Source of the DNA: Hyphomicrobiales bacterium
GTDB lineage: Bacteria; Pseudomonadota; Alphaproteobacteria; Rhizobiales; Rhizobiaceae
Direction of reading: 5' to 3'
Assembly (NCBI GenBank): GCA_026400435.1
Contig: JAPLOZ010000019.1
Location: forward strand, 5,311 to 69,310
Length of the DNA stretch: 64,000 bases
Under the pieces are notes generated by a model, which saw only the letters and a program-made list of their open reading frames with translations, did not search any database and was not told where the DNA came from. Below, piece after piece: positions 1 to 10,474 of this stretch; position 1 is the stretch's first letter; the number at the start of each line of letters is the position of its first letter. Made by a program: the position numbers and the translations under genes.

Positions 1-333
1 GCCAAGATATTTCGCTGAGGCGGGCAACGCCTTTTCCACATCGAAACTGTCATCGAGCCCACGCATCCTTGCGGTGCCCGGCATGAACTGGGCGATGCCT
101 TCCGCGCCGGCGGGGCTGACGGCTGCCGGGTCAAAACGACTTTCCTTGAAGATAAGCCGGGCAAAGAATTCGCGCGGCAGCCCGTTACGCTCCGCCTCAC
201 GCTCCAGGATTGTGCAGATGCGTCCGATGGTGGCCGGCAGCGACCGGCCGGGCGGATCGGCGTGGGCAGGACGGCCGGACGCGGCGAGCGCCAGGCACAA
301 CAGCGCGAAAACCGCCGGCCAGTTGCGGCGCAT
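1..333 (-). CDS. Lytic transglycosylase (SLT domain) with signal peptide; 3' end runs off the window
   Basis: Manual translation from ATG at 333: MRRNWPAVFALLCLALAASGRPAHADPP...FFARLIFKESRFDPAAVSPAGAEGIAQFMPGTA. Contains the SLT ES and GxxQFMPxTA motifs. Absent from the ORF track because it is truncated. Confidence 0.85.
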   Translation of the reverse strand, partial: MRRNWPAVFALLCLALAASGRPAHADPPGRSLPATIGRICTILEREAERNGLPREFFARLIFKESRFDPAAVSPAGAEGIAQFMPGTARMRGLDDSFDVEKALPASAKYLG

Positions 334-334
334 G

Positions 335-1585
335 CTACTGCGCCGCCGCCCTGCCATGGCCAAAGCGCTGTTCGATATAGTCCGCGACCATCTTCTGGAA
401 GTCCGCGGCGATGGCGGGGCCACGCAGTGTCGCCGCCTTCTTGCCGTCGATGAACACCGGCGCGGTCGGTGTCTCGCCGGTGCCGGGAAGCGAAATGCCG
501 ATATCCGCGTGCTTGGATTCGCCCGGGCCGTTCACAATGCAGCCCATAACCGCGACCTTGAGTTCTTCCACGCCTGGATATTTCTCCCGCCAGATAGGCA
601 TGTTGCGGCGGATGTCCTCCTGGATGTTCTGGGCGAGTTCCTGGAACACGGTCGATGTGGTGCGGCCGCAGCCGGGGCAGGCTGCAACGATCGGCACGAA
701 CTGGCGGAAGCCCATCGTCTGGAGCAATTCCTGGGCGACCTGCACTTCACGCGTGCGGTCGCCGTTGGGTTCGGGGGTCAGCGATATGCGGATAGTATCA
801 CCGATGCCCTGCTGCAGCAGGATGCCAATCGCGGCCGACGAGGCGACGATGCCTTTCGAGCCCATCCCCGCCTCTGTCAGGCCGAGGTGCAGCGCATGGT
901 CGGACCGGCGCGCAAGCTGAGCATAGACAGCGATCAGATCCTGCACGCCACTCACCTTGGCCGACAGGATGATATGGTCGCGCGCAAGCCCGATCTGCTC
1001 GGCCATTTCGGCGGAAAGCAACGCCGACTGCACGATCGCTTCGTGCATCACCTGCACCGCCGTCAGCGGCGAACCGTTGTTCTGGTTCTCGTCCATCAGG
1101 CGGGTGAGCAGTTCCTGGTCGAGCGAACCCCAGTTGACGCCTATGCGCACCGGCTTGTCGTGCCTGATCGCCATTTCGACAATCGCGGCGAATTGCTTGT
1201 CCTTCTTGTCCTTGAAACCGACATTTCCAGGATTGATGCGGTATTTTGCGAGCGCCTCCGCGCAGCCGGGATGATCGGCCAGCAGCTTGTGCCCGATATA
1301 GTGGAAGTCGCCGACCAGCGGCACGTCGATGCCCAGCCTGTCCAGCCGCTGCTTGATCCGCGGAACGGCAGCCGCCGCCTCATCCCTGTCGACGGTGATG
1401 CGCACGATCTGCGAGCCGGCGCGATGTAGCGCCGCGACCTGGGCAACCGTCTGGTCGATATCTGCGGTGTCGGTATTGGTCATCGACTGGACGACCACGG
1501 GAGCATCGCCGCCCACCATCACGCCGCCGACATTAACGCCGACGGAGCGTCTGCGCGGGAAAGGCGAGGAAACATATCCGGTCAT
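335..1585 (-). CDS. ispG: Flavodoxin-dependent (E)-4-hydroxy-3-methylbut-2-enyl-diphosphate synthase
   Basis: [43 protein letters not shown] and [13 protein letters not shown] motifs. Confidence 0.97.
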   Translation of the reverse strand: MTGYVSSPFPRRRSVGVNVGGVMVGGDAPVVVQSMTNTDTADIDQTVAQVAALHRAGSQIVRITVDRDEAAAAVPRIKQRLDRLGIDVPLVGDFHYIGHKLLADHPGCAEALAKYRINPGNVGFKDKKDKQFAAIVEMAIRHDKPVRIGVNWGSLDQELLTRLMDENQNNGSPLTAVQVMHEAIVQSALLSAEMAEQIGLARDHIILSAKVSGVQDLIAVYAQLARRSDHALHLGLTEAGMGSKGIVASSAAIGILLQQGIGDTIRISLTPEPNGDRTREVQVAQELLQTMGFRQFVPIVAACPGCGRTTSTVFQELAQNIQEDIRRNMPIWREKYPGVEELKVAVMGCIVNGPGESKHADIGISLPGTGETPTAPVFIDGKKAATLRGPAIAADFQKMVADYIEQRFGHGRAAAQ

Positions 1586-1675
1586 ACCGGCCTCTTTTAA
1601 GCTTCCGGCATGAGGTGGAGGAGCGCGCCCTCGATGTCAATGCCCGACGCTCTTGAGCGGTATCTGCGGCAAACA

Positions 1676-1703
1676 GAAATGGCCCGCGAGCGCGGGCCAT
1701 TTC
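1676..1703 (-). terminator. Rho-independent terminator downstream of the Pro/Ala-rich protein gene
   Basis: Perfect hairpin GAAATGGCCCGCG-AG-CGCGGGCCATTTC, followed on the minus strand by TGTTTG. Confidence 0.7.
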
Positions 1704-1724
1704 CAAGACCACTATTTTGCTTTT

Positions 1725-2165
1725 TTACTGTGCCGGAGCAGGTTCCGCAGGGGCCGGGGCGGGCTGTGCAGGAGCTGCCGCGTCGGGCGTCGGAGCAACT
1801 GGATCGGCGGGGGCCGCCGGCGTCATCGCTTCAGGCGCCGCAGGCGCCATGGCATCGGGAGCTGCCGGCACGGCGGGCGCCGCGGGCTCCGTGGTCGTCG
1901 TCGCAGGTTCGGGCGTGACCGGGGCATTGTCAGAACCCGGCGCGAACACGAAGTAAGCGATCACAGCAAGAACGAGAACAATCGCCGCGATGAGAACGCT
2001 GCTGCCGCCACTGCGGTTTTCGACCCGATTCACGACGCGCGGGTCGTTGGCCGGCCGGCGGGTTTCTTGGGCAAAGGGGTCGGCGCTGGCCGGCGGTACC
2101 GGGTTGAGAGGGTCATTCAGACGCGGATCGTTGCTGGGATCCGGAACGCGAGCTGGGTTAGCCAT
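1725..2165 (-). CDS. Hypothetical single-pass membrane protein with Pro/Ala-rich tail
   Basis: GAGGAAACAAAATG SD/start at 2165; TM segment VLIAAIVLVLAVIAYFVF; PAAP repeats. Confidence 0.75.
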   Translation of the reverse strand: MANPARVPDPSNDPRLNDPLNPVPPASADPFAQETRRPANDPRVVNRVENRSGGSSVLIAAIVLVLAVIAYFVFAPGSDNAPVTPEPATTTTEPAAPAVPAAPDAMAPAAPEAMTPAAPADPVAPTPDAAAPAQPAPAPAEPAPAQ

Positions 2166-2196
2166 TTTGTTTCCTCGGTCAGTTGGACTGCGCCTC

Positions 2197-2221
2197 AACG
2201 CGCCATGACACGATAGGTTTC
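2197..2221 (-). promoter_or_regulatory. Putative EcfG/RpoE2 (general stress response sigma) promoter
   Basis: Minus strand GAAAC-N16-CGTT, one mismatch to GGAAC-N16-CGTT, about 30 nt upstream of the ATG at 2165. Confidence 0.5.
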
Positions 2222-2271
2222 ACGCGGCTCTGAAATATGCGGTCTCCTCCGGTTGGCTGCCGTCGCAGGCG

Positions 2272-3531
2272 TCACGCGTAGCGCTCAATACCCAATTGGC
2301 TGGCGTCGATGTCTGGAGACCTGCCCGACATGATGTCTGCAAGTACCTTTGCCGAGCCGCAGGCCATGGTCCAGCCAAGCGTGCCATGCCCGGTGTTGAC
2401 GAACAGATTGGTGTAGCGGGTGGGACCGATGATAGGCGGGCCGTCCGGCGTCATCGGTCGCAGGCCGCACCAGAAACTGGCTTTGGTGGCGTCCCCCGCA
2501 TCGGGAAACAGGTCGGTGACCGAATGCTCAAGGGTGGCGCGGCGCGATTCATGCAGCGTCAGGTCGTAGCCAGAGATTTCGGCGGTCCCGCCGACCCGAA
2601 TGCGGTCGCCGAGCCGCGTGATCGCAACCTTGTAGGTTTCGTCCATGATCGTCGAGACGGGCGCTGCGTCGACATTGCCCACCGGCAGTGTGAGCGAATA
2701 GCCCTTCACTGGATAGACCGGTATAGGAACGTGACGCTTGCGCATCCAGCGCGCCGAATAGCTGCCAAGCGCCATGACATAGGCATCCGCCTTGACCTTC
2801 TCGCCGTCGATTTTCACGGCGCCGACCTGCGTGTCGGTCTTGTTGCGGTAGAGCTTGCTGGTCTCTGCGCCGAAGCGGAAAGTCACGCCCCGCTCACGGC
2901 AGATTTCCGCAAGGCGTGCCGTGAACAGGTTGCAGTCGCCTGTTTCGTCGCCCGGCAGTCTGAGCCCGCCTTTGAATTTTTCGCGCACGCGCGCAAGCCC
3001 CGGCTCGGCTGCAATGCATCCCTCGGGGTCGAGCAGTTCGAACGGTACGCCGAATTGCTTCAAAACCTCGATGTCCTTGAAGGTCCCGTCAAGCTGGGCC
3101 TGTGTTCGGAAGAGTTGCAGTGTTCCCTGGCTGCGTTCGTCGTAACGGATACCGGTCGATTCCCGCAGCGCGCGCAGGCTGTCGCGGCTGTACTCGGCGA
3201 GCGGCACCATGCGCGCCTTATTGATGGCGTAGCGGCTCGAGGTGCAGTTGCGCAGCATTTGAAATAGCCAGACCCACATGGCCTTTTCCATGCGCGGCCT
3301 GACCGCGAGAGGCCCGTGGCGCATCGTCAGCCATTTGATCGCCTTGAGCGGAACCCCCGGTCCCGCCCAAGGCGAAGCGTAGCCCGGTGAAATTTCGCCG
3401 GCGTTGCCGAAGCTGGTCTCCATGGCGGGCCCGGCCTGCCGGTCGACCACGGTTACCTCGTGCCCCGCCTCGTTGAGATAGTAGGCGGTCGTGACGCCGA
3501 TGACCCCCGCGCCCAACACCAGAACTTTCAT
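2272..3531 (-). CDS. dadA: D-amino acid dehydrogenase
   Basis: [15 protein letters not shown] motif, [33 protein letters not shown]; adjacent to alanine racemase. Confidence 0.95.
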   Translation of the reverse strand: MKVLVLGAGVIGVTTAYYLNEAGHEVTVVDRQAGPAMETSFGNAGEISPGYASPWAGPGVPLKAIKWLTMRHGPLAVRPRMEKAMWVWLFQMLRNCTSSRYAINKARMVPLAEYSRDSLRALRESTGIRYDERSQGTLQLFRTQAQLDGTFKDIEVLKQFGVPFELLDPEGCIAAEPGLARVREKFKGGLRLPGDETGDCNLFTARLAEICRERGVTFRFGAETSKLYRNKTDTQVGAVKIDGEKVKADAYVMALGSYSARWMRKRHVPIPVYPVKGYSLTLPVGNVDAAPVSTIMDETYKVAITRLGDRIRVGGTAEISGYDLTLHESRRATLEHSVTDLFPDAGDATKASFWCGLRPMTPDGPPIIGPTRYTNLFVNTGHGTLGWTMACGSAKVLADIMSGRSPDIDASQLGIERYA

Positions 3532-3632
3532 CGCAGTACCCCCGCCTAGTGGTCCGGTTCCGACATTGCATACCGCTGAAGGCCGCCCCTTTGGCAAATG
3601 CCAGAATCAAAGAGACCACTGGCAAGTATCAC

Positions 3633-4742
3633 TCAGCCGCCGACGTATCGACGATGGAAGCGGTGCCCAAGGCTCGTCAATATCTCATAGCCGATCGTAC
3701 CCGACAGCCCGGCGATTTCGTCGACGGTCTGGTTGTCGCCGATAACTTCAACGAGATCGCCCGGCCGCAGCCGGCCGGCTGCGAGCGCGGTTATGTCGAG
3801 GATGATGCTGTCCATCGAAACACGGCCGACGAAGGGCAGCTTCTCTGTTTCGAAAAATGCCGCAGCGGCGGTATGGCGTGGCCAGCCGTCGGCGTAGCCA
3901 AGCGCAATGGTCGCCGTTCGCATGGGGGCGACGGTTCGGTAGGCGTGGCCGTAGCCCACGCCGGTGCCAGCGGGCAGGGTCCGCGTCTGGATGACCCTGG
4001 CCTCGAGGTGCAGCACCTGGCGCATCGGGTTGCCGCTGCATGGCGTCGGGTTGATGCCGTAAAGGGCGGCACCCGGTCTGGCGAGATCGTAGCGGAACGC
4101 TTCCCCGAGAAAAATGCCGGAGGAGTTGTTGAGCGAGGCAGGGGCCGGCGGCAGCCGAAACCGCAAGTCGTCGAAAGTCAGACGCTGTCTTTCGTTTGCG
4201 GGATTTGCCGGTTCTTCGGCGCAGGCGAGGTGGCTCATCGCGAGCTTTAGCTCAAGGCCGTCGAAGGCGTTCCGGTCAAGGTTTTCCACCTCACCAGGTG
4301 CCATGCCCAACCTCGACATGCCGCTGTCGACCTGGACTGCCACGGGCAGACGCCGTCCAAGCCTGCGCGCCGTCGCCTGCCACGCCACAAGCTGTTGGGC
4401 GCTGTTGGCGACAGCGACCAGCCCGGCCGCCGCGCAATCATCTTCTGCGCCGGGGTGGACGCCGTTCAGAACGTAAATCTCAGGCAGGACGCCGATCGCC
4501 CGTCTCAGGGCGATACCTTCTGCCGCATGGGCGACGAAGAATCTGCGACAGCCCTCCCTCAAGAGCGCGGTTGCCACCTCGGTGGCGCCAAGCCCATAGC
4601 CGTCCGCCTTCACCACGGCGCCGCATTCGACACCGTCCAGCCGTTCACGCAGCCGCCGGTAATTGTCGCCCACGGCGTCGAGATCGACCGTGAGAATGGC
4701 GCCGGCCTGATTCAGCGGCGGATTGGCGGGAACGTCGAGCAT
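3633..4742 (-). CDS. alr: Alanine racemase
   Basis: AVVKADGYGLG PLP-lysine motif, DSGMSRLG, GYADG, GRVSMD, GTIGYEILTSL. Confidence 0.95.
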   Translation of the reverse strand: MLDVPANPPLNQAGAILTVDLDAVGDNYRRLRERLDGVECGAVVKADGYGLGATEVATALLREGCRRFFVAHAAEGIALRRAIGVLPEIYVLNGVHPGAEDDCAAAGLVAVANSAQQLVAWQATARRLGRRLPVAVQVDSGMSRLGMAPGEVENLDRNAFDGLELKLAMSHLACAEEPANPANERQRLTFDDLRFRLPPAPASLNNSSGIFLGEAFRYDLARPGAALYGINPTPCSGNPMRQVLHLEARVIQTRTLPAGTGVGYGHAYRTVAPMRTATIALGYADGWPRHTAAAAFFETEKLPFVGRVSMDSIILDITALAAGRLRPGDLVEVIGDNQTVDEIAGLSGTIGYEILTSLGHRFHRRYVGG

Positions 4743-4817
4743 GTTTCCGTTTAAGGCTCTGCGAAAAGCACCGCAACACTCGAGGCCAATGTCGGTCGGG
4801 TTCGCGCCGCAGAGGGC

Positions 4818-5339
4818 TCAAGCCTCCAGGTGCCGGAACGCCTCTATTACCTGTTCGTAAACCTGGCGCTTGAACGGGACGATCAGCCCCGGCAGTTCGG
4901 CCATGGGTTTCCACGCCCAGTGGTCAAATTCGGCTTCGTGCCCCCCCGGAGGCGGATTGATGGCGATCTCGCCCTCGTCGCCCTCGAAGCGGAACGCGAA
5001 CCACTTCTGGGTCTGTCCGCGATACTTGCCCTTGAAGGCGACCCCAACCAATTCGGGCGGCAGGTCGTAGTTGATCCAGCCGGGCGCCTCGGCCAGCAGC
5101 GTGATTGAGCGCATGCCGGTCTCTTCGTAGAGTTCGCGCCTCGCGGCGGGCAGCGGATCCTCGCCCGTGTCGATACCACCTTGCGGCATCTGCCAGAGAC
5201 GGTCGGTGCCCGATGTCTCGCTGTCCGGTTCGGATATTCGGTGGCCCGACCAAACAAGGTTGGCGCGATTCAACACCATGATGCCGACGCAAGGCCGGTA
5301 GGGCAGCGTGCGGGGATCGACGGACTTTTTCTTGGCCAC
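4818..5339 (-). CDS. rppH: RNA pyrophosphohydrolase (Nudix)
   Basis: [19 protein letters not shown]...[11 protein letters not shown] Nudix box, YRGQTQKWF; GTG start at 5339. Confidence 0.93.
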   Translation of the reverse strand: MAKKKSVDPRTLPYRPCVGIMVLNRANLVWSGHRISEPDSETSGTDRLWQMPQGGIDTGEDPLPAARRELYEETGMRSITLLAEAPGWINYDLPPELVGVAFKGKYRGQTQKWFAFRFEGDEGEIAINPPPGGHEAEFDHWAWKPMAELPGLIVPFKRQVYEQVIEAFRHLEA

Positions 5340-5341
5340 GC

Positions 5342-6508
5342 TCAGCCCTTTTCGGGGTCGACGGCGACTGCGGAGACCGGAACGATCTCGATGCCGCGCT
5401 TCTTGGCTTCCGCGACCCATGCGGTAACCGCGTCCACGGTAACGTCGAAAGCCGACCCGGTGCCGAGCGCGAAGCCCTTGGCGCGCGCGGTTGCCTCGAG
5501 CTGGTCAAGCTTTTTCAGGATGGCGCCCCGATCGCGCTCGCCGTCAATGATTGCATCTCCCGATGCCAGGGGGACGCGGTCCTTGAGTGCAAGGTCGGGC
5601 GCCACGGTCCGCGCCGTCGTGCCGTCGTCGAGATAGAGCAGGCCGCGCCTGGCCAGTTCCGCCATCACGGGCTCCATCGCGTTGGCGTCTGCCACGAAAC
5701 GGGCGCCCATGTAGTTCATGATGCCGGTATAGTTGGTGGTGCGCGAAAGCGTCCAGCGGAGCCGCTCGAGATTCTCGTCCGCCGAGGCATCGACGGTCAG
5801 CGTGTTCCTGCCGGGATTGACGTTCGGATAGTCGAAGGGTTCAAGCGGGGCCTGGATCAGGATTTCATGACCCTTGCGGCGCGCCGCCTGCATCCAGCGA
5901 CCGATCGAATTGCCCTGCGAGGCGAAGGCGAGCGTCACCTCCGCCGGCAGCTTCTCGATAGCCGACTGGGTACCGGTCTGCGACACGGCGAGTCCGCCGA
6001 TAACGATCGCCACGCGCGCGCCGCGCGCGCCTGACCATGGCCGCGCATAGACGTCGACGGGACGCCTGCCGTCGGCGGCGCGGATCGGCAGCGGGCCAGT
6101 TTCGCTGTCCTCGATCAGCGCCTTGTCGGGCAGATGCGCATGGGACAGGTCCTGGCCGACGGCCGACGGGTCGCGAATCACGATCACGCCGTTGCCTTTG
6201 GCTGCATCCTCGGGATTGACATGGATGATTGAAGGGCCGCCCTTCTTGGCGTCCGCGGCGGGTTTGGCGACAGCGACCTCTGTGGTGGCCGGCTGCGGTA
6301 CGTCCGCCTGAGGGATCGATGTCACCGCGATGGCAGGATTGCGGAATGGCGTCTGGCGCAAAGCGATGGCGCCCGACACGACCACTAGCGCCACTGCCGC
6401 GGCGCTGAGCCACAACGCCGAAGCGGAGGGCAACAGGCGTCGCTGGAGCCCGGACGGCCGAAGTGCCTGTCCCAGGGGGCGCTCGATGTCCTTGGTCAGA
6501 TGCGTCAC
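5342..6508 (-). CDS. Divergent polysaccharide deacetylase family protein (YibQ-like)
   Basis: [35 protein letters not shown]; usual position after ctpA; start approximate. Confidence 0.85.
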   Translation of the reverse strand: MTHLTKDIERPLGQALRPSGLQRRLLPSASALWLSAAAVALVVVSGAIALRQTPFRNPAIAVTSIPQADVPQPATTEVAVAKPAADAKKGGPSIIHVNPEDAAKGNGVIVIRDPSAVGQDLSHAHLPDKALIEDSETGPLPIRAADGRRPVDVYARPWSGARGARVAIVIGGLAVSQTGTQSAIEKLPAEVTLAFASQGNSIGRWMQAARRKGHEILIQAPLEPFDYPNVNPGRNTLTVDASADENLERLRWTLSRTTNYTGIMNYMGARFVADANAMEPVMAELARRGLLYLDDGTTARTVAPDLALKDRVPLASGDAIIDGERDRGAILKKLDQLEATARAKGFALGTGSAFDVTVDAVTAWVAEAKKRGIEIVPVSAVAVDPEKG

Positions 6509-6619
6509 CCGGCAGCCACCCGTCAGCGTGGACTTGAAAACTATCCCCGAATCAAACTGCCGGGCCTTGCGGTCCCGGCAGCAACGCATTCACACAATTA
6601 CCCGCGGCCCGAAAGAGCC

Positions 6620-7945
6620 TTACTGGTTCATCACGGCCTTTTCCGGATTGGGCGGGAAGGCCGGATCGGTCTTCACGCCCCTCAGCAGATCCAGCGCATA
6701 GGAAAGCTGCACGTCGTCCTTGGGATCCGGCGGCACGTAGGCTGCCGAGCCCGACCCCTTGTCGTCCTCTTCGACGCCCTTGATATGACCCTTCAGATCG
6801 GACTCTCCGCGCGTGACGTCGCGACCCTGCAGATCTTCCGGAAGTGGCTGGTCAACCTTGATGTCGGGCGTGATGCCCTTGCCCTGGATCGATTTGCCGG
6901 CCGGCGTGTAGTAGAGCGCCGTCGTCAGCCTCAGCGCGCCGTTCTCGGACAGGGGAATGATGGTCTGCACTGAGCCCTTGCCGAACGAGGTCGTGCCAAC
7001 CACGGTCGCCCGGCGGTGGTCCTGCAACGCGCCGGCCACGATTTCCGAAGCCGAAGCGGAGCCGCCGTTCACGAGGACGATCATCGGCTTGCCGTCAATA
7101 TCGTCGCCGGAGCGCGCATCGAAGCGTGACACATCCTTGGGGTCGCGCCCCCTGGTCGAAACAATCTCGCCCCGGTCCAGGAATGCATCGGAGACGCTGA
7201 CCGCCTGATCGAGCAGGCCACCCGGATTGAGGCGCAAGTCGAGGACGTATCCCTTCAGCTTGTCGGCCGGGATCTGTTCCTTGATCTTGGCGATCGCGTC
7301 CTCAAGGTCGTCATAGGTTTTTTCGGTGAACGAGGTCACCTTCATGTAGCCGACGTCGTTCTCGACGCGGTACTTTACTGCCTTGACCTTGATGATGTCG
7401 CGCACGACCGTGATGTCGATCGGCTTGTCGGCTCCTTCGCGCAGGATGGTGAGCTTGATCGGCGTATTGACCAGCCCGCGCATCTTCTCGACAGCATCGT
7501 TAAGCGTCAGGCCGCGCACCTCTTCCCCGTCGATCGCCGAGATATAGTCGCCTGCCCGCACGCCGGCCTTGGCGGCTGGCGTGTCATCGATGGGCGTGAT
7601 GACCTTGACCAGTTCGTTCTCCATCGTGACCTCGATGCCGAGGCCGCCGAACTCGCCCTTGGTCTGGACGCGCATGTCCTTGGCGGCTTCCGCGTTCATG
7701 TAGGAGGAATGCGGATCGAGCGAGGTAAGCATGCCGTTGATGGCGTTCTCGACCAGCGACTTCTCGTCGGGCGGCGTCACATATTGTGCGCGGACCCGCT
7801 CGAAGATGTCGCCGAAAATGGCGAGCTGCTTGTAGGTTTCCGAGCCTGCCGCGTTGGCGGTCGAACTTGGCGCTCCATAGACCAGGCTCATGGCCGAGGC
7901 CCCCATGAGGGCGCCTGCGAACAGAAGCGACAATTTACGTACCAT
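6620..7945 (-). CDS. ctpA: S41 family carboxy-terminal processing protease
   Basis: Signal peptide, LDPHSSY, PDZ GGLGIEV, DLRLNPGGLL, SASASEIVAGALQD, FGKGSVQ. Confidence 0.93.
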   Translation of the reverse strand: MVRKLSLLFAGALMGASAMSLVYGAPSSTANAAGSETYKQLAIFGDIFERVRAQYVTPPDEKSLVENAINGMLTSLDPHSSYMNAEAAKDMRVQTKGEFGGLGIEVTMENELVKVITPIDDTPAAKAGVRAGDYISAIDGEEVRGLTLNDAVEKMRGLVNTPIKLTILREGADKPIDITVVRDIIKVKAVKYRVENDVGYMKVTSFTEKTYDDLEDAIAKIKEQIPADKLKGYVLDLRLNPGGLLDQAVSVSDAFLDRGEIVSTRGRDPKDVSRFDARSGDDIDGKPMIVLVNGGSASASEIVAGALQDHRRATVVGTTSFGKGSVQTIIPLSENGALRLTTALYYTPAGKSIQGKGITPDIKVDQPLPEDLQGRDVTRGESDLKGHIKGVEEDDKGSGSAAYVPPDPKDDVQLSYALDLLRGVKTDPAFPPNPEKAVMNQ

Positions 7946-9260
7946 TTCCTGTCCTTCCAGACTGCCGATCCGACCACCAGGGCGCCGGGTCCACGGGTTT
8001 TCCATCTTTTCGGAACTCAACGTAGAGTTCCGCAGCGTCATTTCCAACGGCCTCGCCAGAAGCGCTTGCGACCCTGGCCTCACCCATTATGCCGATCGGC
8101 TCGCCTGCAAGAACGGCCTGACCCGACGCAACGTTGATTCTGTTCATCCCGGCCAGCACGACATGATAGCCGTCGCCGACGTCCAGGATCAAGAGTTGTC
8201 CATAAGAACGGAATGGCCCCGCATAAAGAACGCTCCCGTCAGACGGTGCGGTGACGATGGCTGCCGATTGTGTCGCAACCGTGTCACCCTGCATCACGCC
8301 GCCGTTACTGTCCTTGCCGCCGAAACGGCCGCTGAATTTGCCGGAGACAGGCAGGGCCAGCATGCCTTTGAGGGACTGAAACGGGGCGACCGGCGCCAGC
8401 TGATTCGCCTCCGGCACGGGCAGGGCTGCAAGTTGGTCGCTCTGCTTGCGCCGCTCCGCCTCGGCAACCCTTGCCCGGTCGACCTCGGCCGCCTGCTTCT
8501 CCAGTGCGGCAATCAAGTCCTTGAGGTTCTTCGCTTCATTGGCAAGTTCGCTGGCTCGTTTGTGCTCGGCGCCGAGCGCCGCTTCATGCTCTGTCTCAAG
8601 GCGCTTTTTCTCATCGACCAAGAGTTCCAGCCGTTTCTTCTCGGCAAGCTGTTCGGAGAACACGGCAGTCAACCTGCTCCTCTCGTCGTCGATCGAGGCG
8701 GCGATTCGCGACAGCTCGGTCAGGTCTGCAACCAGCGCCTCGGTTTCTGCGCGCAGCCCCGGAACCACGGCGCCGAGCATGATCGCGCTGCGGACTGACG
8801 CCAGCGCGTCCTCCGGCGTGACCAGCAGCGCCGGGGGAGGGTTCAGCCCCATGCGCTGCAGTGCTCCCAGCACTTCCGCGAGCACCGCGCGCCGGCCGGC
8901 AAGCGACGCCTTGATGCCGGATTGCTGCGCTTTCAGAGCCTCGACGCGGTCGGCGATGTCCTCGATATCCTGGCTGAGCTTACGTTCGGTCTTGGCCGAC
9001 TGAATGAGCGCGGCCGTTATCGAGGCGCTGTCCTTCTTCATCTTGGCGATATCGGCGGCGAGCGACGCCTGTCGTTCGGCGGAAAGGGCGATTTCGCGCG
9101 TGAGGCGGCTATATTCGTCGCGCTGTTCGTTGACCTCGCGTCGTTCGAGGCCGGCTGCCGCTGCGGGGGTTGCCGGAACCGGCGCCTGCATCGCGGACGC
9201 GAGCAGTGCGGCGGCCGCGAGGCTGCGCCACAAACCGACGTTCCTGCCCGAAGCGATCAT
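7935..9260 (-). CDS. envC: Murein hydrolase activator EnvC family (coiled coil plus degenerate M23)
   Basis: Signal peptide, long coiled coil, YAGPFRSYGQLLILD, LYVEFRKDGKPVDPAPWW. Confidence 0.85.
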   Translation of the reverse strand: MIASGRNVGLWRSLAAAALLASAMQAPVPATPAAAAGLERREVNEQRDEYSRLTREIALSAERQASLAADIAKMKKDSASITAALIQSAKTERKLSQDIEDIADRVEALKAQQSGIKASLAGRRAVLAEVLGALQRMGLNPPPALLVTPEDALASVRSAIMLGAVVPGLRAETEALVADLTELSRIAASIDDERSRLTAVFSEQLAEKKRLELLVDEKKRLETEHEAALGAEHKRASELANEAKNLKDLIAALEKQAAEVDRARVAEAERRKQSDQLAALPVPEANQLAPVAPFQSLKGMLALPVSGKFSGRFGGKDSNGGVMQGDTVATQSAAIVTAPSDGSVLYAGPFRSYGQLLILDVGDGYHVVLAGMNRINVASGQAVLAGEPIGIMGEARVASASGEAVGNDAAELYVEFRKDGKPVDPAPWWSDRQSGRTGNGT

Positions 9261-9319
9261 CCGTTCTCCGCACGTTCGGCGCGCATCGGACGCCGCCGGT
9301 CGATCCTATCGACAGCTTC

Positions 9320-9336
9320 GTTAACGAACCATCAAC
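9320..9336. promoter_or_regulatory. Putative CtrA-binding site upstream of envC
   Basis: TTAA-CGAACCA-TCAAC, one mismatch to TTAA-N7-TTAAC, 60 nt upstream of envC. Confidence 0.45.
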
Positions 9337-9404
9337 CATGCGTGACCGACCGGTCCGGCGGGCTACCCCCGCCAACGCTACGCTGGCAGGAATGTCGAAG
9401 CGCC

Positions 9405-9887
9405 TCAAGCCCGGTGGTAGGGGTGGCCCGACAGGATCGTCGCAGCGCGGTAGAGCTGTTCGCCCAACATGATGCGCACCATCTGGTGCGGCCAGGTCTG
9501 GGCGCCGAACGACATCACGATTTCGGCGGCGTCGCGCAGCGACGGGTCGTGTCCGTCCGGCCCGCCAATTGCGATTATCAGCGCTCGACGGCCAGAATCG
9601 CGCAGCGCGGCAGTGCGATTGGCGAATTCCTCCGAGGAAACGCTCTTGCCGCGCTCGTCGAGCAACATGAGCGCTGCCCCGGAGGCGAGGTGCTGTTTGA
9701 GCCGGTCGGCTTCCTCGCGCTTGCGCTCTGCGGCGCTCTGCGCCCTGCTTTCTGGGATCTCGGTCAGGCCGACGAACTCAAGGCCGATGGCCGGACCGCT
9801 CTTCGCGAAGCGGTCGAAATAGCGGTCGGCAAGTTCCTTCTCGGGGCCGGACTTCATGCGGCCCACGGCAAATATCGATATCTTCAT
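9405..9887 (-). CDS. rlmH: 23S rRNA (pseudouridine1915-N3)-methyltransferase
   Basis: LLDERGK, IGGPDGH, SFGAQTWPHQMVRIMLGEQLYRA..ILSGHPYHR SPOUT motifs. Confidence 0.96.
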   Translation of the reverse strand: MKISIFAVGRMKSGPEKELADRYFDRFAKSGPAIGLEFVGLTEIPESRAQSAAERKREEADRLKQHLASGAALMLLDERGKSVSSEEFANRTAALRDSGRRALIIAIGGPDGHDPSLRDAAEIVMSFGAQTWPHQMVRIMLGEQLYRAATILSGHPYHRA

Positions 9888-9959
9888 CCGTCCTCCGGCC
9901 CGCCCGGACATTTCCGTCCAGGCTCCGGTGCTGGCCGAGACGCGCCCTTGATGGTGCGC

Positions 9960-10066
9960 CTAGATCGCCGTGCGTCCGATAGGACGCACAAAGGACGATC
10001 TAGAATTATTCATAGAGCATCGGAATAGCCCGAAAACCGGAATTCCACTTTTCGGTCCGATGCTCA
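9960..10066. repeat. Composite palindromic intergenic element (RIME/Bru-RS-like), copy 1
   Basis: Two adjacent palindromes, CTAGATCGCCGTGCGTCC..GGACGCACAAAGGACGATCTAG and TAGAGCATCGG..CCGAAAACCGGAATTCCACTTTTCGGTCCGATGCTC; second copy at 39892. Confidence 0.8.
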
Positions 10067-10474
10067 ATGGATCGTCTCTTCCTCGAGGTCCGGAGCCTGC
10101 CACATCTTTTCGATGTTGTAGAACTCCCGGATTTCGGGACGGAAGACGTGGACGATCACGTCGCCTGCATCGATGAGCACCCAGTCGGCTCCCGCGAGCC
10201 CCTCGACACGCGCATTGCCCAGCCCCTTGTCATTCAGCGCCTTGAGGAGCTGATCGGCAACGGCTGCGACATGGCGGTGCGAACGGCCCGACGCGACGAC
10301 CATGTAGTCGCCGAGACTGGATTTGCCCTGAATGTCGATGGAGACGATGTTTTCGGCCTTGGAGTCTTCCAGACTGGCAAGGACAGTTTCGATGGCGCGG
10401 GATGAAGCGTCGCTTGCGCTGAACCCGGCCGGCGAAGGCAGAATATCCGCCTTCTTCCGCAATGCTGTTCTCAG
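10064..10474 (-). CDS. rsfS: Ribosome silencing factor (Iojap); probable CTG start
   Basis: SLEDSKAENIVSIDI, DYMVVASGRSHRHV, DWVLIDAGDVIVHVFRPEIREFYNIEKMW; SD AAGGA lies 6 nt before the in-frame CTG at 10474. Confidence 0.93.
   Translation of the reverse strand: MRTALRKKADILPSPAGFSASDASSRAIETVLASLEDSKAENIVSIDIQGKSSLGDYMVVASGRSHRHVAAVADQLLKALNDKGLGNARVEGLAGADWVLIDAGDVIVHVFRPEIREFYNIEKMWQAPDLEEETIH

Noticed and set aside
74-1429. 451-aa plus-strand ORF, and many similar long antisense ORFs (e.g. 29166-30857, 43353-44633, 49283-50929)
   Set aside because: These are shadow frames opposite clearly identified genes, expected from high-GC3 codon bias, and carry no motifs.
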